Sequence record: OR525698.1
Strand: one strand, 5' to 3'
DNA from: Escherichia phage vB-Eco-KMB43
Length of the DNA stretch: 64,000 nucleotides
The number at the start of each line of letters is the position of its first letter. The stretch's first letter is position 1. The notes below the pieces were generated by a model. It was given only the letters and a program-made list of their open reading frames with translations, was not told the origin of the DNA and did no database searches. The translations under genes were made by a program, and so were the position numbers. Positions 25,857-33,698 of the stretch are shown one piece after another.

Positions 25857-26183
25857 TTAGAAAGAAACAGTTTTCAAGAAATCCAGATTTTTAGTACCGA
25901 AAACAGAAAAGTAGTGTTCTCCTTTTTCGGTTTTAGAGAAAGCGATTGTCTTCTCTACATGGTGACGGAAGCCAGACAGACGATCACCCAGGTCAAGGCG
26001 GCAAGCGTAAGTAGTGCCGTTTTCGAAAGTAACCTCGATTTGAGTTTTGTCATATTCGCTTTCATAGGCTTTTGCTGCTGCGTCCTGTGCTTTACGCTCG
26101 AAGTCTTCGAAGTGGAATACTTCGTTTGCGTTAGCGAATACAGAAGATTCAGAGAAGATAACTTTAACAGATACTGGTTTCAT
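25857..26183 (-). CDS. hypothetical protein
   Basis: ORF track; promoter cassette with conserved leader upstream. Confidence 0.55.
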   Translation of the reverse strand: MKPVSVKVIFSESSVFANANEVFHFEDFERKAQDAAAKAYESEYDKTQIEVTFENGTTYACRLDLGDRLSGFRHHVEKTIAFSKTEKGEHYFSVFGTKNLDFLKTVSF

Positions 26184-26225
26184 TTTGATACTCCTTAGTA
26201 GTTCGTGTTTCGTTTCGATGGGTGT

Positions 26226-26254
26226 ATTATGCTATACACCCTCTCTCGTGTCAA
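26226..26254 (-). promoter_or_regulatory. early promoter (TTGACA -17- CATAAT) with conserved leader
   Basis: tgtcaa at 26249-26254; attatg at 26226-26231. Confidence 0.65.
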
Positions 26255-26262
26255 CAACTTTT

Positions 26263-26451
26263 TTAGTCTTTTTTCATAATTTCTAGAGCTGTTTCTACAG
26301 CACCTTTCCAACCCTCCCACATAATGGACATAGTAAGGAAGTTAAAGCACCCGCAGGAATCAACCTTTTTAGAGATAAACCATTCTACAAACGCTTCGCT
26401 CATACCATGCTCTTTAGCGGATTCGCGTAATTGTTCAATTTGGTCTTCCAT
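26263..26451 (-). CDS. small hypothetical protein
   Basis: ORF track. Confidence 0.45.
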   Translation of the reverse strand: MEDQIEQLRESAKEHGMSEAFVEWFISKKVDSCGCFNFLTMSIMWEGWKGAVETALEIMKKD

Positions 26452-26473
26452 AGTATCACCTCAACACTTAACG

Positions 26474-26668
26474 TTATTCAAACTCAAACGGTCTATTCAA
26501 CCTATTGTAAAAGTACATATAACAAGCAAAATTATGCTTTGGCTGTACCGTATCAGATAGACACGCTTTTACAGCCTCGCGGTCCGATGGGTCTACACCC
26601 TCAGCTTTAAGTAATGCTAAAATCTGGTTATAGCGTACTCTTAGTTGTACTAATGGTTTATCCCCCAT
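26474..26668 (-). CDS. small hypothetical protein
   Basis: ORF track. Confidence 0.45.
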   Translation of the reverse strand: MGDKPLVQLRVRYNQILALLKAEGVDPSDREAVKACLSDTVQPKHNFACYMYFYNRLNRPFEFE

Positions 26669-26677
26669 ATTACCCCC

Positions 26678-26905
26678 TTATAGTTGATCAGCAATGTATG
26701 CGGTGCATTTGCGGAGTTTAGCCATAGCACCACCTTTCATGTCGCTTGCGCCTACAATGTTCATGATCTCTAAGCGATCAGCCGGATTCAGTCTAGTAGC
26801 CCAGATCTGGTTAGCCAGTTCCATTTTACCCATCTGCGGTTCCATCTCAAACATTTCACGCTCAAAGTCGATAATTTCTTTTGCTGCGTCTTTAAAGTTA
26901 ATCAT
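26678..26905 (-). CDS. small hypothetical protein
   Basis: ORF track; promoter upstream. Confidence 0.5.
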   Translation of the reverse strand: MINFKDAAKEIIDFEREMFEMEPQMGKMELANQIWATRLNPADRLEIMNIVGASDMKGGAMAKLRKCTAYIADQL

Positions 26906-26934
26906 TTTGGTCCTCCCGTTTCGTTGATGGTTGT

Positions 26935-26963
26935 ATTGTAGGGGAGTTATCCTCCCATGTCAA
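26935..26963 (-). promoter_or_regulatory. early promoter (TTGACA -17- TACAAT)
   Basis: tgtcaa at 26958-26963; spacer contains GGGAG..CTCCC. Confidence 0.55.
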
Positions 26964-26971
26964 CACTTTTA

Positions 26972-27157
26972 TCAGAAATATGCAATATAGTTTGCCAGTC
27001 CTACAGAGTCATCATTCGGCATTGCTTTTACCGCCAGTTCAAACCCTGCTTCAACTTTCTGTTTAGCGGATTCTTCGTTATAACCCCAGATGACCAGAAT
27101 AGCTACTACGTTTTCTTTGCTTACTGCTTTCAGTGCTTTAGTGATGCGACGTGCCAT
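26972..27157 (-). CDS. small hypothetical protein
   Basis: ORF track; promoter and conserved leader upstream. Confidence 0.5.
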   Translation of the reverse strand: MARRITKALKAVSKENVVAILVIWGYNEESAKQKVEAGFELAVKAMPNDDSVGLANYIAYF

Positions 27158-27203
27158 AATTTGATTCTCCGTTTAAGAAAGCGTGTTTCGTTTCGATGGG
27201 TGT

Positions 27204-27232
27204 ATTATGCTATAGGCGTGATCTGGTGTCAA
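27204..27232 (-). promoter_or_regulatory. early promoter (TTGACA -17- CATAAT) with conserved leader
   Basis: tgtcaa at 27227-27232; leader CATCGAAACGAAACAC...GGAGAATCAAATTATG. Confidence 0.65.
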
Positions 27233-27258
27233 CAACTTTTTTAAAAAAATTTTAGGCA

Positions 27259-27286
27259 ATAAAAAAGCCACTCCGAAGAGTGGCTT
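27259..27286 (-). terminator. rho-independent terminator (UUCG tetraloop hairpin)
   Basis: AGCCACTC-ttcg-GAGTGGCT perfect 8 bp stem followed by a T-run on the minus strand. Confidence 0.75.
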
Positions 27287-27290
27287 ATAG

Positions 27291-27434
27291 GGAAGGTAGC
27301 GAATCTTCCTTGTCTCCAACCTGCTAGCGGCCTAGCAAGTGAATGCTTTAGCGTACCGGATCACCCCATACGCTGTAATAAATGCGGCTAGGTGACGTCC
27401 AAATCATTCTAACCGCGCTGTCTTTAGTTCACTA
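27291..27434 (-). ncRNA. ORF-free structured 3' region, possible small RNA (speculative)
   Basis: 144 nt without ORF between gene end and terminator; several local stem-loops (GGAAGG..CTTCC; GCGGCTAG..CTAACCGC). Confidence 0.2.
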
Positions 27435-27653
27435 TTATTTATATCGCTTTCTCTCGCGACGTTTTTGATCTTCTTCCTTGATAGAGTTAAACGCATCAAA
27501 AAGACACATGACACTGATAATGAACATAACCGTATTTTCTACGATATCCCACGGCTTCGCATCAGTACAGATCCCCCAAACGGTAAGAAATGCAAATAGT
27601 GCAGAAGAGATCACAAGCATGATACTTGCTAAGATATAAAAAGTCATTTTCAT
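27435..27653 (-). CDS. small membrane protein
   Basis: ORF track; hydrophobic N-terminal half, basic tail. Confidence 0.45.
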   Translation of the reverse strand: MKMTFYILASIMLVISSALFAFLTVWGICTDAKPWDIVENTVMFIISVMCLFDAFNSIKEEDQKRRERKRYK

Positions 27654-27844
27654 GGTTTTACCTCAATTCTTCGATATTCATCACACATCCACGCAGTAAG
27701 CAAGAATCCCAGCACATAAGCAACAAAATACGTTAATGCTTCTTCTGGTTCGGTGCTATGCGCCATCATCAGACCAGCGAGAAAGGTCTTAACAATTACA
27801 TTTAAAATAATTAGCCACGCAAATAATTTCATCGTTTGCCCCAT
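27650..27844 (-). CDS. tiny hydrophobic membrane protein
   Basis: ORF track. Confidence 0.45.
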   Translation of the reverse strand: MGQTMKLFAWLIILNVIVKTFLAGLMMAHSTEPEEALTYFVAYVLGFLLTAWMCDEYRRIEVKP

Positions 27845-28068
27845 TTCGGTCGAGTCTTTTCAAACTTATACATCCCGTAACAATCTCGAATCATCCACGT
27901 AACAAGAGCACCAGTCAACACAGACAATACACAGAAGAAGTAAAACGGTCCGGTTGCATTATCAACATGAGCAAGCCAGGTAAAGAAAACACATGCTAAG
28001 AATGTGAAGAACATCATAAAACACAAGAAAGCAAAATATTTTATGCTACTCATAGCGCCACCATACAA
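27829..28068 (-). CDS. small membrane protein
   Basis: ORF track. Confidence 0.45.
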   Translation of the reverse strand: MYGGAMSSIKYFAFLCFMMFFTFLACVFFTWLAHVDNATGPFYFFCVLSVLTGALVTWMIRDCYGMYKFEKTRPKWGKR

Positions 28069-28156
28069 CAGATCATAAGAAAACCCAACGCAATAAGAAT
28101 TGCATCAAATTTAGTGAACTCCGGTCCACATATCAACATCATTCGTTCCTGTTCAT

Positions 28157-28399
28157 TCATAGATCACAGAGCCATCTTAAAGCACCACATAAAGCGAGCA
28201 GAATACTAGGTATAAACGAGATCAAAACAAGTTTGCAAAAATCATCTAAGGTAATACCGGAATAGATACCAACTGTAACAACACCGATCATCAGACACAG
28301 AAAGAAAACAAATGCAATCAGAAACAAAGTATTGCTAAACAGTTTAGTGATCATTAGACACCCCACGACGATCAATTTCAAAAACTTTTTTATCATCAA
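28157..28399 (-). CDS. small membrane protein
   Basis: ORF track. Confidence 0.45.
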   Translation of the reverse strand: MMIKKFLKLIVVGCLMITKLFSNTLFLIAFVFFLCLMIGVVTVGIYSGITLDDFCKLVLISFIPSILLALCGALRWLCDL

Positions 28400-28547
28400 C
28401 GAAGCATGTCACAACTGCCTCGTTGACTTCCGCAAATTGTTGTGTTACCCACTTAAGGTCAGAGCGAAACAATGTTCTATTAATAACAAATGTTTTACCT
28501 TTCTTATCCATACCCATAAATTTTGCTTTAACCATATCCAATTCCAT
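28344..28547 (-). CDS. dmd: Dmd-like antitoxin (inhibitor of host RnlA/LsoA-type toxins)
   Basis: MEL.KV.FMG...DD..W.TQQ.AEVN.A.V..F.DDKKV.E.D.RG pattern matches T4 Dmd along its full length as recalled. Confidence 0.75.
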   Translation of the reverse strand: MELDMVKAKFMGMDKKGKTFVINRTLFRSDLKWVTQQFAEVNEAVVTCFVDDKKVFEIDRRGVSNDH

Positions 28548-28556
28548 ATTATCACC

Positions 28557-28715
28557 TTATTTGCTAATCGCTAAACCCAATCCGAAGAGAGCACCCGATG
28601 CTACAGTATACCCGAAAGTTTCAAAGGCAGTAAAGATATCTAAGCCGCCAGCTAACAGAGTTGCAGTAAACAGAGTACCAGCTACGAACATAAAAGTTTT
28701 ACCGATAAATTTCAT
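28557..28715 (-). CDS. possible tiny hydrophobic/Gly-rich protein (~52 aa), not in the ORF track
   Basis: ATG at 28715 preceded by GGAGAATCAAA RBS and promoter cassette. Confidence 0.4.
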   Translation of the reverse strand: MKFIGKTFMFVAGTLFTATLLAGGLDIFTAFETFGYTVASGALFGLGLAISK

Positions 28716-28747
28716 TTTGATTCTCCTTTCGTTTGTTTGTGGGGGGT

Positions 28748-28776
28748 ATCTTACTACCCCCGTTTCATGTTGTCAA
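28748..28776 (-). promoter_or_regulatory. early promoter (TTGACA -17- TAAGAT) with GGGGGTA..TACCCCC inverted repeat
   Basis: tgtcaa at 28771-28776; inverted repeat 28741-28761. Confidence 0.6.
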
Positions 28777-28782
28777 CTGTTT

Positions 28783-29157
28783 TTAAGAAAATTTTACTTC
28801 GTCTACAATGTCTTTCATGACATTGATTTCCATTCCGGTCAGAACACGTTGGAACATGTGCTGCACATACGCTTTCAGGTATTCATTTGATGGCTTGCTA
28901 TCGAAAGTCTTTTTAGTGTAGTAGTCATCACCGAAAGCTACTGTAATTACATTTTCGTCGTCGTTCCAAGCGATATAAGCAAATTTGCCGTTATCCCAGA
29001 AGCGAGCACTAATTGCTACTTTTGTTGAATCGAATCCTACTTCGCTGTGAGATTCAAGAACTACTTGCGTGCCAGTTTCTTTATGAATGTAGTAGCGGGA
29101 TACTAAGTCAAAGTTACGGGTGTAGTGACATTCGAATTTATCTTTAAACATCATCAT
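28783..29157 (-). CDS. hypothetical protein
   Basis: ORF track; promoter cassette and RBS upstream. Confidence 0.55.
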   Translation of the reverse strand: MMMFKDKFECHYTRNFDLVSRYYIHKETGTQVVLESHSEVGFDSTKVAISARFWDNGKFAYIAWNDDENVITVAFGDDYYTKKTFDSKPSNEYLKAYVQHMFQRVLTGMEINVMKDIVDEVKFS

Positions 29158-29195
29158 TTTTGATTCTCCTAAGTGTGTTTCGTTTCGATATGTGC

Positions 29196-29224
29196 ATTAT
29201 GCTATAGTCGTTTATGGTTGTCAA
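29196..29224 (-). promoter_or_regulatory. early promoter (TTGACA -17- CATAAT) with conserved leader
   Basis: tgtcaa at 29219-29224; attatg at 29196-29201. Confidence 0.65.
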
Positions 29225-29229
29225 CACCT

Positions 29230-29261
29230 AAAAACAAAAAACCCCGAAAAATTTTTCGGGG
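29230..29261 (-). terminator. rho-independent terminator after 57B
   Basis: Perfect palindrome CCCCGAAAAATTTTTCGGGG followed by a long T-run on the minus strand. Confidence 0.75.
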
Positions 29262-29268
29262 TATAGAA

Positions 29269-29739
29269 TTACAGTTTGGTCGTCCACTCCAGGTCTAGAT
29301 CTTCGACATACTCATGAGATCGGACAATCTCTAAATCGAACTCAAGGTCAGTGCCAAATTTACGCGCACCAACATCATAAGAAAGCGTGATATGCGGTAC
29401 ATATTCAGGATAATCCCACGTCGCACCTAAAGCAGTGCCGATATCGTGTCTGAATTGCATGTAGTCGCTTTCAAATGCCAGCACAAGCGCATTAGTACCG
29501 GATTGAGTTTCAAACACTTTCAGATGGCATAGAGAGCCTAAGAACTTCTCCCCTTCTTCTGGGATAAACGGAACATAGACACGAGAATATAAGATAGTGC
29601 TATGCAGTTTATCACGAGGAACGGCATTAGGCAGATCGTAGAACTCCTGCAATTTTTCAATGCGGTCTAGTGTATCCTCAGTGAATTTAACCGCCGCATA
29701 TGTACCTTTAACGGATTCTCTAAACGGGGTCATAATCAA
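29269..29739 (-). CDS. 57B: 2H phosphoesterase, Acb1-type anti-CBASS nuclease (T4 gene 57B position)
   Basis: Two H-x-T/S motifs (HSTILY, HITLSY); position next to 57A and gene 1 as in T4. Confidence 0.75.
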   Translation of the reverse strand: MIMTPFRESVKGTYAAVKFTEDTLDRIEKLQEFYDLPNAVPRDKLHSTILYSRVYVPFIPEEGEKFLGSLCHLKVFETQSGTNALVLAFESDYMQFRHDIGTALGATWDYPEYVPHITLSYDVGARKFGTDLEFDLEIVRSHEYVEDLDLEWTTKL

Positions 29740-30002
29740 GCCTCCGTGATCAGTTCTACTTCCTCTTCTGCTTCTTCTGCGGCTTCGTCTTTAGGGAGAA
29801 GTGCTTTCACTTCTTCGACGATAGCATCAAGGGAAACAGTCCCGTTTTCGTCTGGCTGAATACCCAGAATGCGTACCAGTTCCATCAATACACGCTCACG
29901 ATCTTTCAGTTGGCCTTCTAAGAATGCGGCCTTTTCTTGAGTGTCAAACAGACGTACTTTCAGGACATTAATCATTTGTTCATGCTGATTGGACATATTC
30001 AC
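29736..30002 (-). CDS. 57A: tail fiber assembly chaperone
   Basis: Small acidic helical protein resembling T4 gp57A as recalled; synteny with gene 1. Confidence 0.7.
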   Translation of the reverse strand: MNMSNQHEQMINVLKVRLFDTQEKAAFLEGQLKDRERVLMELVRILGIQPDENGTVSLDAIVEEVKALLPKDEAAEEAEEEVELITEA

Positions 30003-30028
30003 ATCTCCTACTTGTTGATAACTTTTTA

Positions 30029-30685
30029 TTAAATGTTCGCGAGAATCGCGCTTTCAAATTCTTCTAATGTACCATTATTTATGATAATGGTTTCACTGTC
30101 AATAGGCAAAATTCCTTTTTCGGTGGAGTGAGTCGATACAATACCAGTATCACGCTGAATATGCAACACCTTAGCACCCATAGCACGCACGAGAGCAATT
30201 TCAATAGGCTGACGCACATCAACCACTACAAAATAACCTTCTTCATTTTTGCGCTTCATAAACTCATTAACGAAGAGATTACACCAATAAAGCGGATTGA
30301 TCAAGTTAACCATTATATCAGTACCGAGAGTGGTTAACATGAGACGAATAGACCAGACGTTATTATGTTTTTCGCCAATCTCATTAACGACCTTGTAAAT
30401 CTCAGCCAGACGATCACAAGTAAAGGAACTACCTCCATACTTCGAATCTAGCATAAGCAGACACTGAATAAACCACTTATGCGCGGTATAGGTATCAATA
30501 CCTAGATCGGATTCTCTGTCACGCCCTAACCCGTCAAAGTCAAGATAAGTCAGACCTAAGTCTGGTTGACATTCGCACAATATTTCTTTGATCGGTGCTG
30601 CCAGTTGATAACTATGTCCATCAATGATTAACGCGGCAGTGTCTTTTCCTACTCGCTTTTTACCACAAAGTGCAATCAATTTCAT
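30029..30685 (-). CDS. 1: deoxynucleoside monophosphate kinase
   Basis: P-loop GKKRVGKDT and LGTD, MGAKVLH, THSTEKG segments match T4 gp1 as recalled. Confidence 0.85.
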   Translation of the reverse strand: MKLIALCGKKRVGKDTAALIIDGHSYQLAAPIKEILCECQPDLGLTYLDFDGLGRDRESDLGIDTYTAHKWFIQCLLMLDSKYGGSSFTCDRLAEIYKVVNEIGEKHNNVWSIRLMLTTLGTDIMVNLINPLYWCNLFVNEFMKRKNEEGYFVVVDVRQPIEIALVRAMGAKVLHIQRDTGIVSTHSTEKGILPIDSETIIINNGTLEEFESAILANI

Positions 30686-30700
30686 TATATAAGCCTCTTA

Positions 30701-31291
30701 TTACTTTCTAAAAGCAGGGTGCATAGCTTTAATACCTTCCACCCGCTGACGATCCGCCGCCTGAATTGCTGGGCGAGGAACGATCAGTTGACCATCACGT
30801 TCAATGCTCATTGTTTTAAAGGGAAGAATTGCAGTACACACCAGAGATTCATGCATATCATCGGTGTATGTTAACTCAAGTTCCCCCAATTGTGAACACC
30901 AACAACCATAAAAGTTAAAAGTGCACACAATGTTACGTCGTTCGTTGTCCATCATGTGAACTTGAACGGCTTCCGGCATTGAATCCTTCCACGCAGTGGA
31001 GTTACCGTTATTGTAGTCTACTATAGAAAGCATCCATGTGTAAAGGTTTAGATAACTTTCCAAATGCTCATCGACAATAAACCGGACTACCAACGGGTCA
31101 AACTCCACATGACTAGAAGGATAATCAGCAACCGCCAAACCATATTGACCAGCAACTTGCTTAGTCGGTGGAATGGTTATAGCCGGAAGTGTAACACCTT
31201 GAGCATTTAAAGTAAAGCCTTTTGTTAGTTGTCCATCTGGAATATTGATCTGCCAGTTGCTGGGGTTAGCATAGTTAAAGAGATTGGACAT
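30701..31291 (-). CDS. 3: tail completion / sheath stabiliser protein
   Basis: Position between gene 1 and gene 2 as in T4; similar size; sequence not independently verified. Confidence 0.6.
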   Translation of the reverse strand: MSNLFNYANPSNWQINIPDGQLTKGFTLNAQGVTLPAITIPPTKQVAGQYGLAVADYPSSHVEFDPLVVRFIVDEHLESYLNLYTWMLSIVDYNNGNSTAWKDSMPEAVQVHMMDNERRNIVCTFNFYGCWCSQLGELELTYTDDMHESLVCTAILPFKTMSIERDGQLIVPRPAIQAADRQRVEGIKAMHPAFRK

Positions 31292-31480
31292 TTTCGATTC
31301 CTCAAATGAAAATATTTATTAACAATTGTCGCTTTGCGACGTGCCGGAGGCACTGACTACTTTTTAACCGAAACAAATTTCTATTATTCTAAAGATCTTT
31401 CTTCGTTTTGGTTATGTTTTAACCAATAACTATATTTTTATACAGTAATAAATAAAACGGGTACTATACGAGGACTTCTT

Positions 31481-31735
31481 ATGACAGAAGACATTTTGTT
31501 AAAACTCTATGATCGTTTGGATAACGAATTAGCAACATTGCGGGGTGAAGTTCTCTATTTGTCTAAATGCAATACAGATCTGCTTAAGCAGATTGCAGAA
31601 AGGGATGATCAAATAAAATCCCTTTCAGGTGCATTACGTGATCGCGACAAGGCATTAGAGATTTTACAGCGTGTTACCAATAAGGAAGAATTAAAAGACT
31701 TCTTACATGGTTATGCTCATGCTATCGATCTATAA
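31481..31735 (+). CDS. hypothetical coiled-coil protein, opposite strand to its neighbours
   Basis: 84 aa ORF with GAGGA RBS; heptad-like sequence; ends at a terminator hairpin. Confidence 0.45.
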   Translation: MTEDILLKLYDRLDNELATLRGEVLYLSKCNTDLLKQIAERDDQIKSLSGALRDRDKALEILQRVTNKEELKDFLHGYAHAIDL

Positions 31736-31763
31736 TAAAAAAAAGCCCGTCAATGACGGGCTT
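31736..31763 (-). terminator. rho-independent terminator after gene 2
   Basis: AGCCCGTC-att-GACGGGCT stem followed by T8 on the minus strand. Confidence 0.75.
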
Positions 31764-31767
31764 AATG

Positions 31768-32589
31768 TTATGCATCCTTCCAAACTTTCCTTGCGTCGTA
31801 TTTCTTGCCTTTTGACATAAACTGATATGTCGGCATATAGATAATATTGCTCCAGTCTTTCGGGCTAATCTCAACAAGTTTTGTTTTAATGTGTCCCGGT
31901 AGATATGCTTTGATCATGTGGTCACTACCACGCATACCTTTTACATCGCTCCATTTGATTTTTAAGCGTGTTTTATTGCTCAAGGTAGGAGTAGATGCAT
32001 ATTGCTTTAAAAGTGCTTCCAGAAACTGCTGACGGGCTTTAGGCGTTACATAGTGTAAGTTAAGACCCAGCATTACAGTATTACCCGCCTTTGTCTTAGA
32101 ATCACCCAGACAAATGATCAGCGGGAAAACATCCCAATATGGCAAAGTGTCTTTATACTTCGCATCATACATAAAGGTATAGATTCGCCCTACTTGCGGT
32201 TTTACAATCTGGTGTCCCTTTATTCCCGCTTTTATTGTTTTAGTAAACCACTCCTGTGATTTTTCTTTAGGACGACTCTTTGATACAGCACGCATAGACG
32301 CACGAAAATCATTAATCATCATCATTGCGCGTTGCTGCTTATTGAGACCCTTTGCGCCTTTCCCTTTTAGTTTTTCAACTTCTATTGCTGTTTTAATTTC
32401 GCTTGCATAACGAGACATACTTTTAGTGAAAGTCGCATAGGCTATTCCCTTAGAATCTGCAAATGCTTTAGCTGTCATGCCTTTGGCTTTTGCTTTCGCA
32501 AATTCTACACCCAATTCGACCCACTGTTTAGACTTTCTTTTTTGGGGAGACGGCTTTTCGTCTTCTGTGATTATTTCAAATACGCTCAT
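31768..32589 (-). CDS. 2: DNA end protector protein
   Basis: Position and size as T4 gene 2 between genes 3 and 4; basic N-terminus. Confidence 0.65.
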   Translation of the reverse strand: MSVFEIITEDEKPSPQKRKSKQWVELGVEFAKAKAKGMTAKAFADSKGIAYATFTKSMSRYASEIKTAIEVEKLKGKGAKGLNKQQRAMMMINDFRASMRAVSKSRPKEKSQEWFTKTIKAGIKGHQIVKPQVGRIYTFMYDAKYKDTLPYWDVFPLIICLGDSKTKAGNTVMLGLNLHYVTPKARQQFLEALLKQYASTPTLSNKTRLKIKWSDVKGMRGSDHMIKAYLPGHIKTKLVEISPKDWSNIIYMPTYQFMSKGKKYDARKVWKDA

Positions 32590-32600
32590 AATATTATCCT

Positions 32601-33077
32601 CTATTTGTTAAGCCCTTTAAAGCCAAACACTTTCTTTAATGCATGTTCGGTGATGATCTTAAACTCCATGTTATGCTTTTGGCACAAATCAACCGCAGCT
32701 TTCCACTTTTCCGTGTTTACAGTATATGTGTAACACTCTTGCATGTATCTTTGCTTAGTCTTAGTGGTTATTCTTTTTGGCCTTTCCGGTGGCCGTGTCT
32801 CTTTTGCCGGTTTAACTTCCCATAAGAACTCTTTACCATCTACAAATTTCACCCAAAAATCCATATGATACTTTCTGGATCGTTTATCTGCGCTAGACCA
32901 GTAAGGTATAATCACACACTCAGAGTTCCATTTAGACACGCTAGGACTACGGTCCAAAAATTTCATTATGTGCAATTCCCAGCTTGATCTATAAGTGATT
33001 TTATGCAAGTTGTTTCCTTTGTACTTCTCAGGATTTTCTGGCTTGAACTTGCCCTTATAAGTGTTAGATCCTCCCAT
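32601..33077 (-). CDS. 4: head completion protein
   Basis: Position divergent from gene 53 as in T4; size similar. Confidence 0.65.
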   Translation of the reverse strand: MGGSNTYKGKFKPENPEKYKGNNLHKITYRSSWELHIMKFLDRSPSVSKWNSECVIIPYWSSADKRSRKYHMDFWVKFVDGKEFLWEVKPAKETRPPERPKRITTKTKQRYMQECYTYTVNTEKWKAAVDLCQKHNMEFKIITEHALKKVFGFKGLNK

Positions 33078-33092
33078 TTTAGCACCCTTTAT

Positions 33093-33100
33093 TATAAATA
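33093..33100 (+). promoter_or_regulatory. T4-type late promoter motif TATAAATA upstream of gene 53
   Basis: Exact TATAAATA 33 nt upstream of the start codon. Confidence 0.65.
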
Positions 33101-33132
33101 CATAATACTATTTATCAATTGAGGGTGCTAAA

Positions 33133-33687
33133 ATGCTCTTTTCTTTCTTCCCTGCCATTGAATACAACGGCAAGATGATTACTGACATTGTGCGCAATTA
33201 CCGCGCCTATTTCAACGCAATAATTTCTGATTATAACATACAAACATATTACATTCAAGGTAGTCCACGACCGGAACAAGTTGCATATGAAGTATACGGA
33301 AACCAACAACTTTATTGGATCTTGCTGATGCTTAATGACGTATACGATCCGTTCCATGACTGGATCACCGATCAAGAGACAGCATATGAATCAGCCGAAC
33401 AGCGATATGCAAATGTAGGAGGAAATCAAGTATTATACCACGTTGATATTGACGGAAACAAGTATTGGAATCTTACCGAATATCCGAAAGGATCAAGCAA
33501 TTGGTATGATAAAGGGGATATTCATCATCGTCATTTGCAGTTTCAAGGTGCACTATCGGCAGTAGACACACTGGAAGATGCGATCCTCCGTAATGAGGAA
33601 CGACGCAAGATCAAGATCATAGATCCTACACAAATTAAACAATTTATTAACGCATTCATTCGAGAAATGGAAAAGGCTGATGTGTAA
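33133..33687 (+). CDS. 53: baseplate wedge protein
   Basis: Immediately precedes gene 5 as in T4; late promoter upstream. Confidence 0.75.
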   Translation: MLFSFFPAIEYNGKMITDIVRNYRAYFNAIISDYNIQTYYIQGSPRPEQVAYEVYGNQQLYWILLMLNDVYDPFHDWITDQETAYESAEQRYANVGGNQVLYHVDIDGNKYWNLTEYPKGSSNWYDKGDIHHRHLQFQGALSAVDTLEDAILRNEERRKIKIIDPTQIKQFINAFIREMEKADV

Positions 33688-33698
33688 GGTGATTAATT

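Noticed and set aside
15665-27434. tRNA genes in the two ORF-free intervals (15665-15894 and 27291-27434)
   Set aside because: No canonical T-loop (GTTCRANYC) with matching acceptor stem and no cloverleaf could be assembled by eye; kept only as possible small-RNA regions.
25857-29157. T4-type internal proteins (capsid-targeted, N-terminal MKTYQEF-like signal) in the acb1-proximal region
   Set aside because: No ORF in the region begins with a recognisable capsid-targeting sequence or L/I-x-E protease site near the N-terminus, so no internal-protein call was made.
1311-29261. Possible CRISPR array suggested by the many repeated ~60 bp elements
   Set aside because: The repeats are promoter/terminator cassettes with -35/-10 hexamers and RBS, irregularly spaced by whole genes of 0.2-1.2 kb; not the short direct repeats with uniform spacers of a CRISPR array.
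530-32825. Numerous plus-strand ORFs of 60-130 aa inside the minus-strand early region (e.g. 530-745, 1930-2190, 2561-2950, 3306-3611, 8075-8555, 11449-11767, 17302-17652, 28423-28890)
   Set aside because: They lie antisense to longer, better-supported genes that have promoters, RBS and homology; they lack RBS or promoters and have low-complexity translations. Treated as shadow ORFs.
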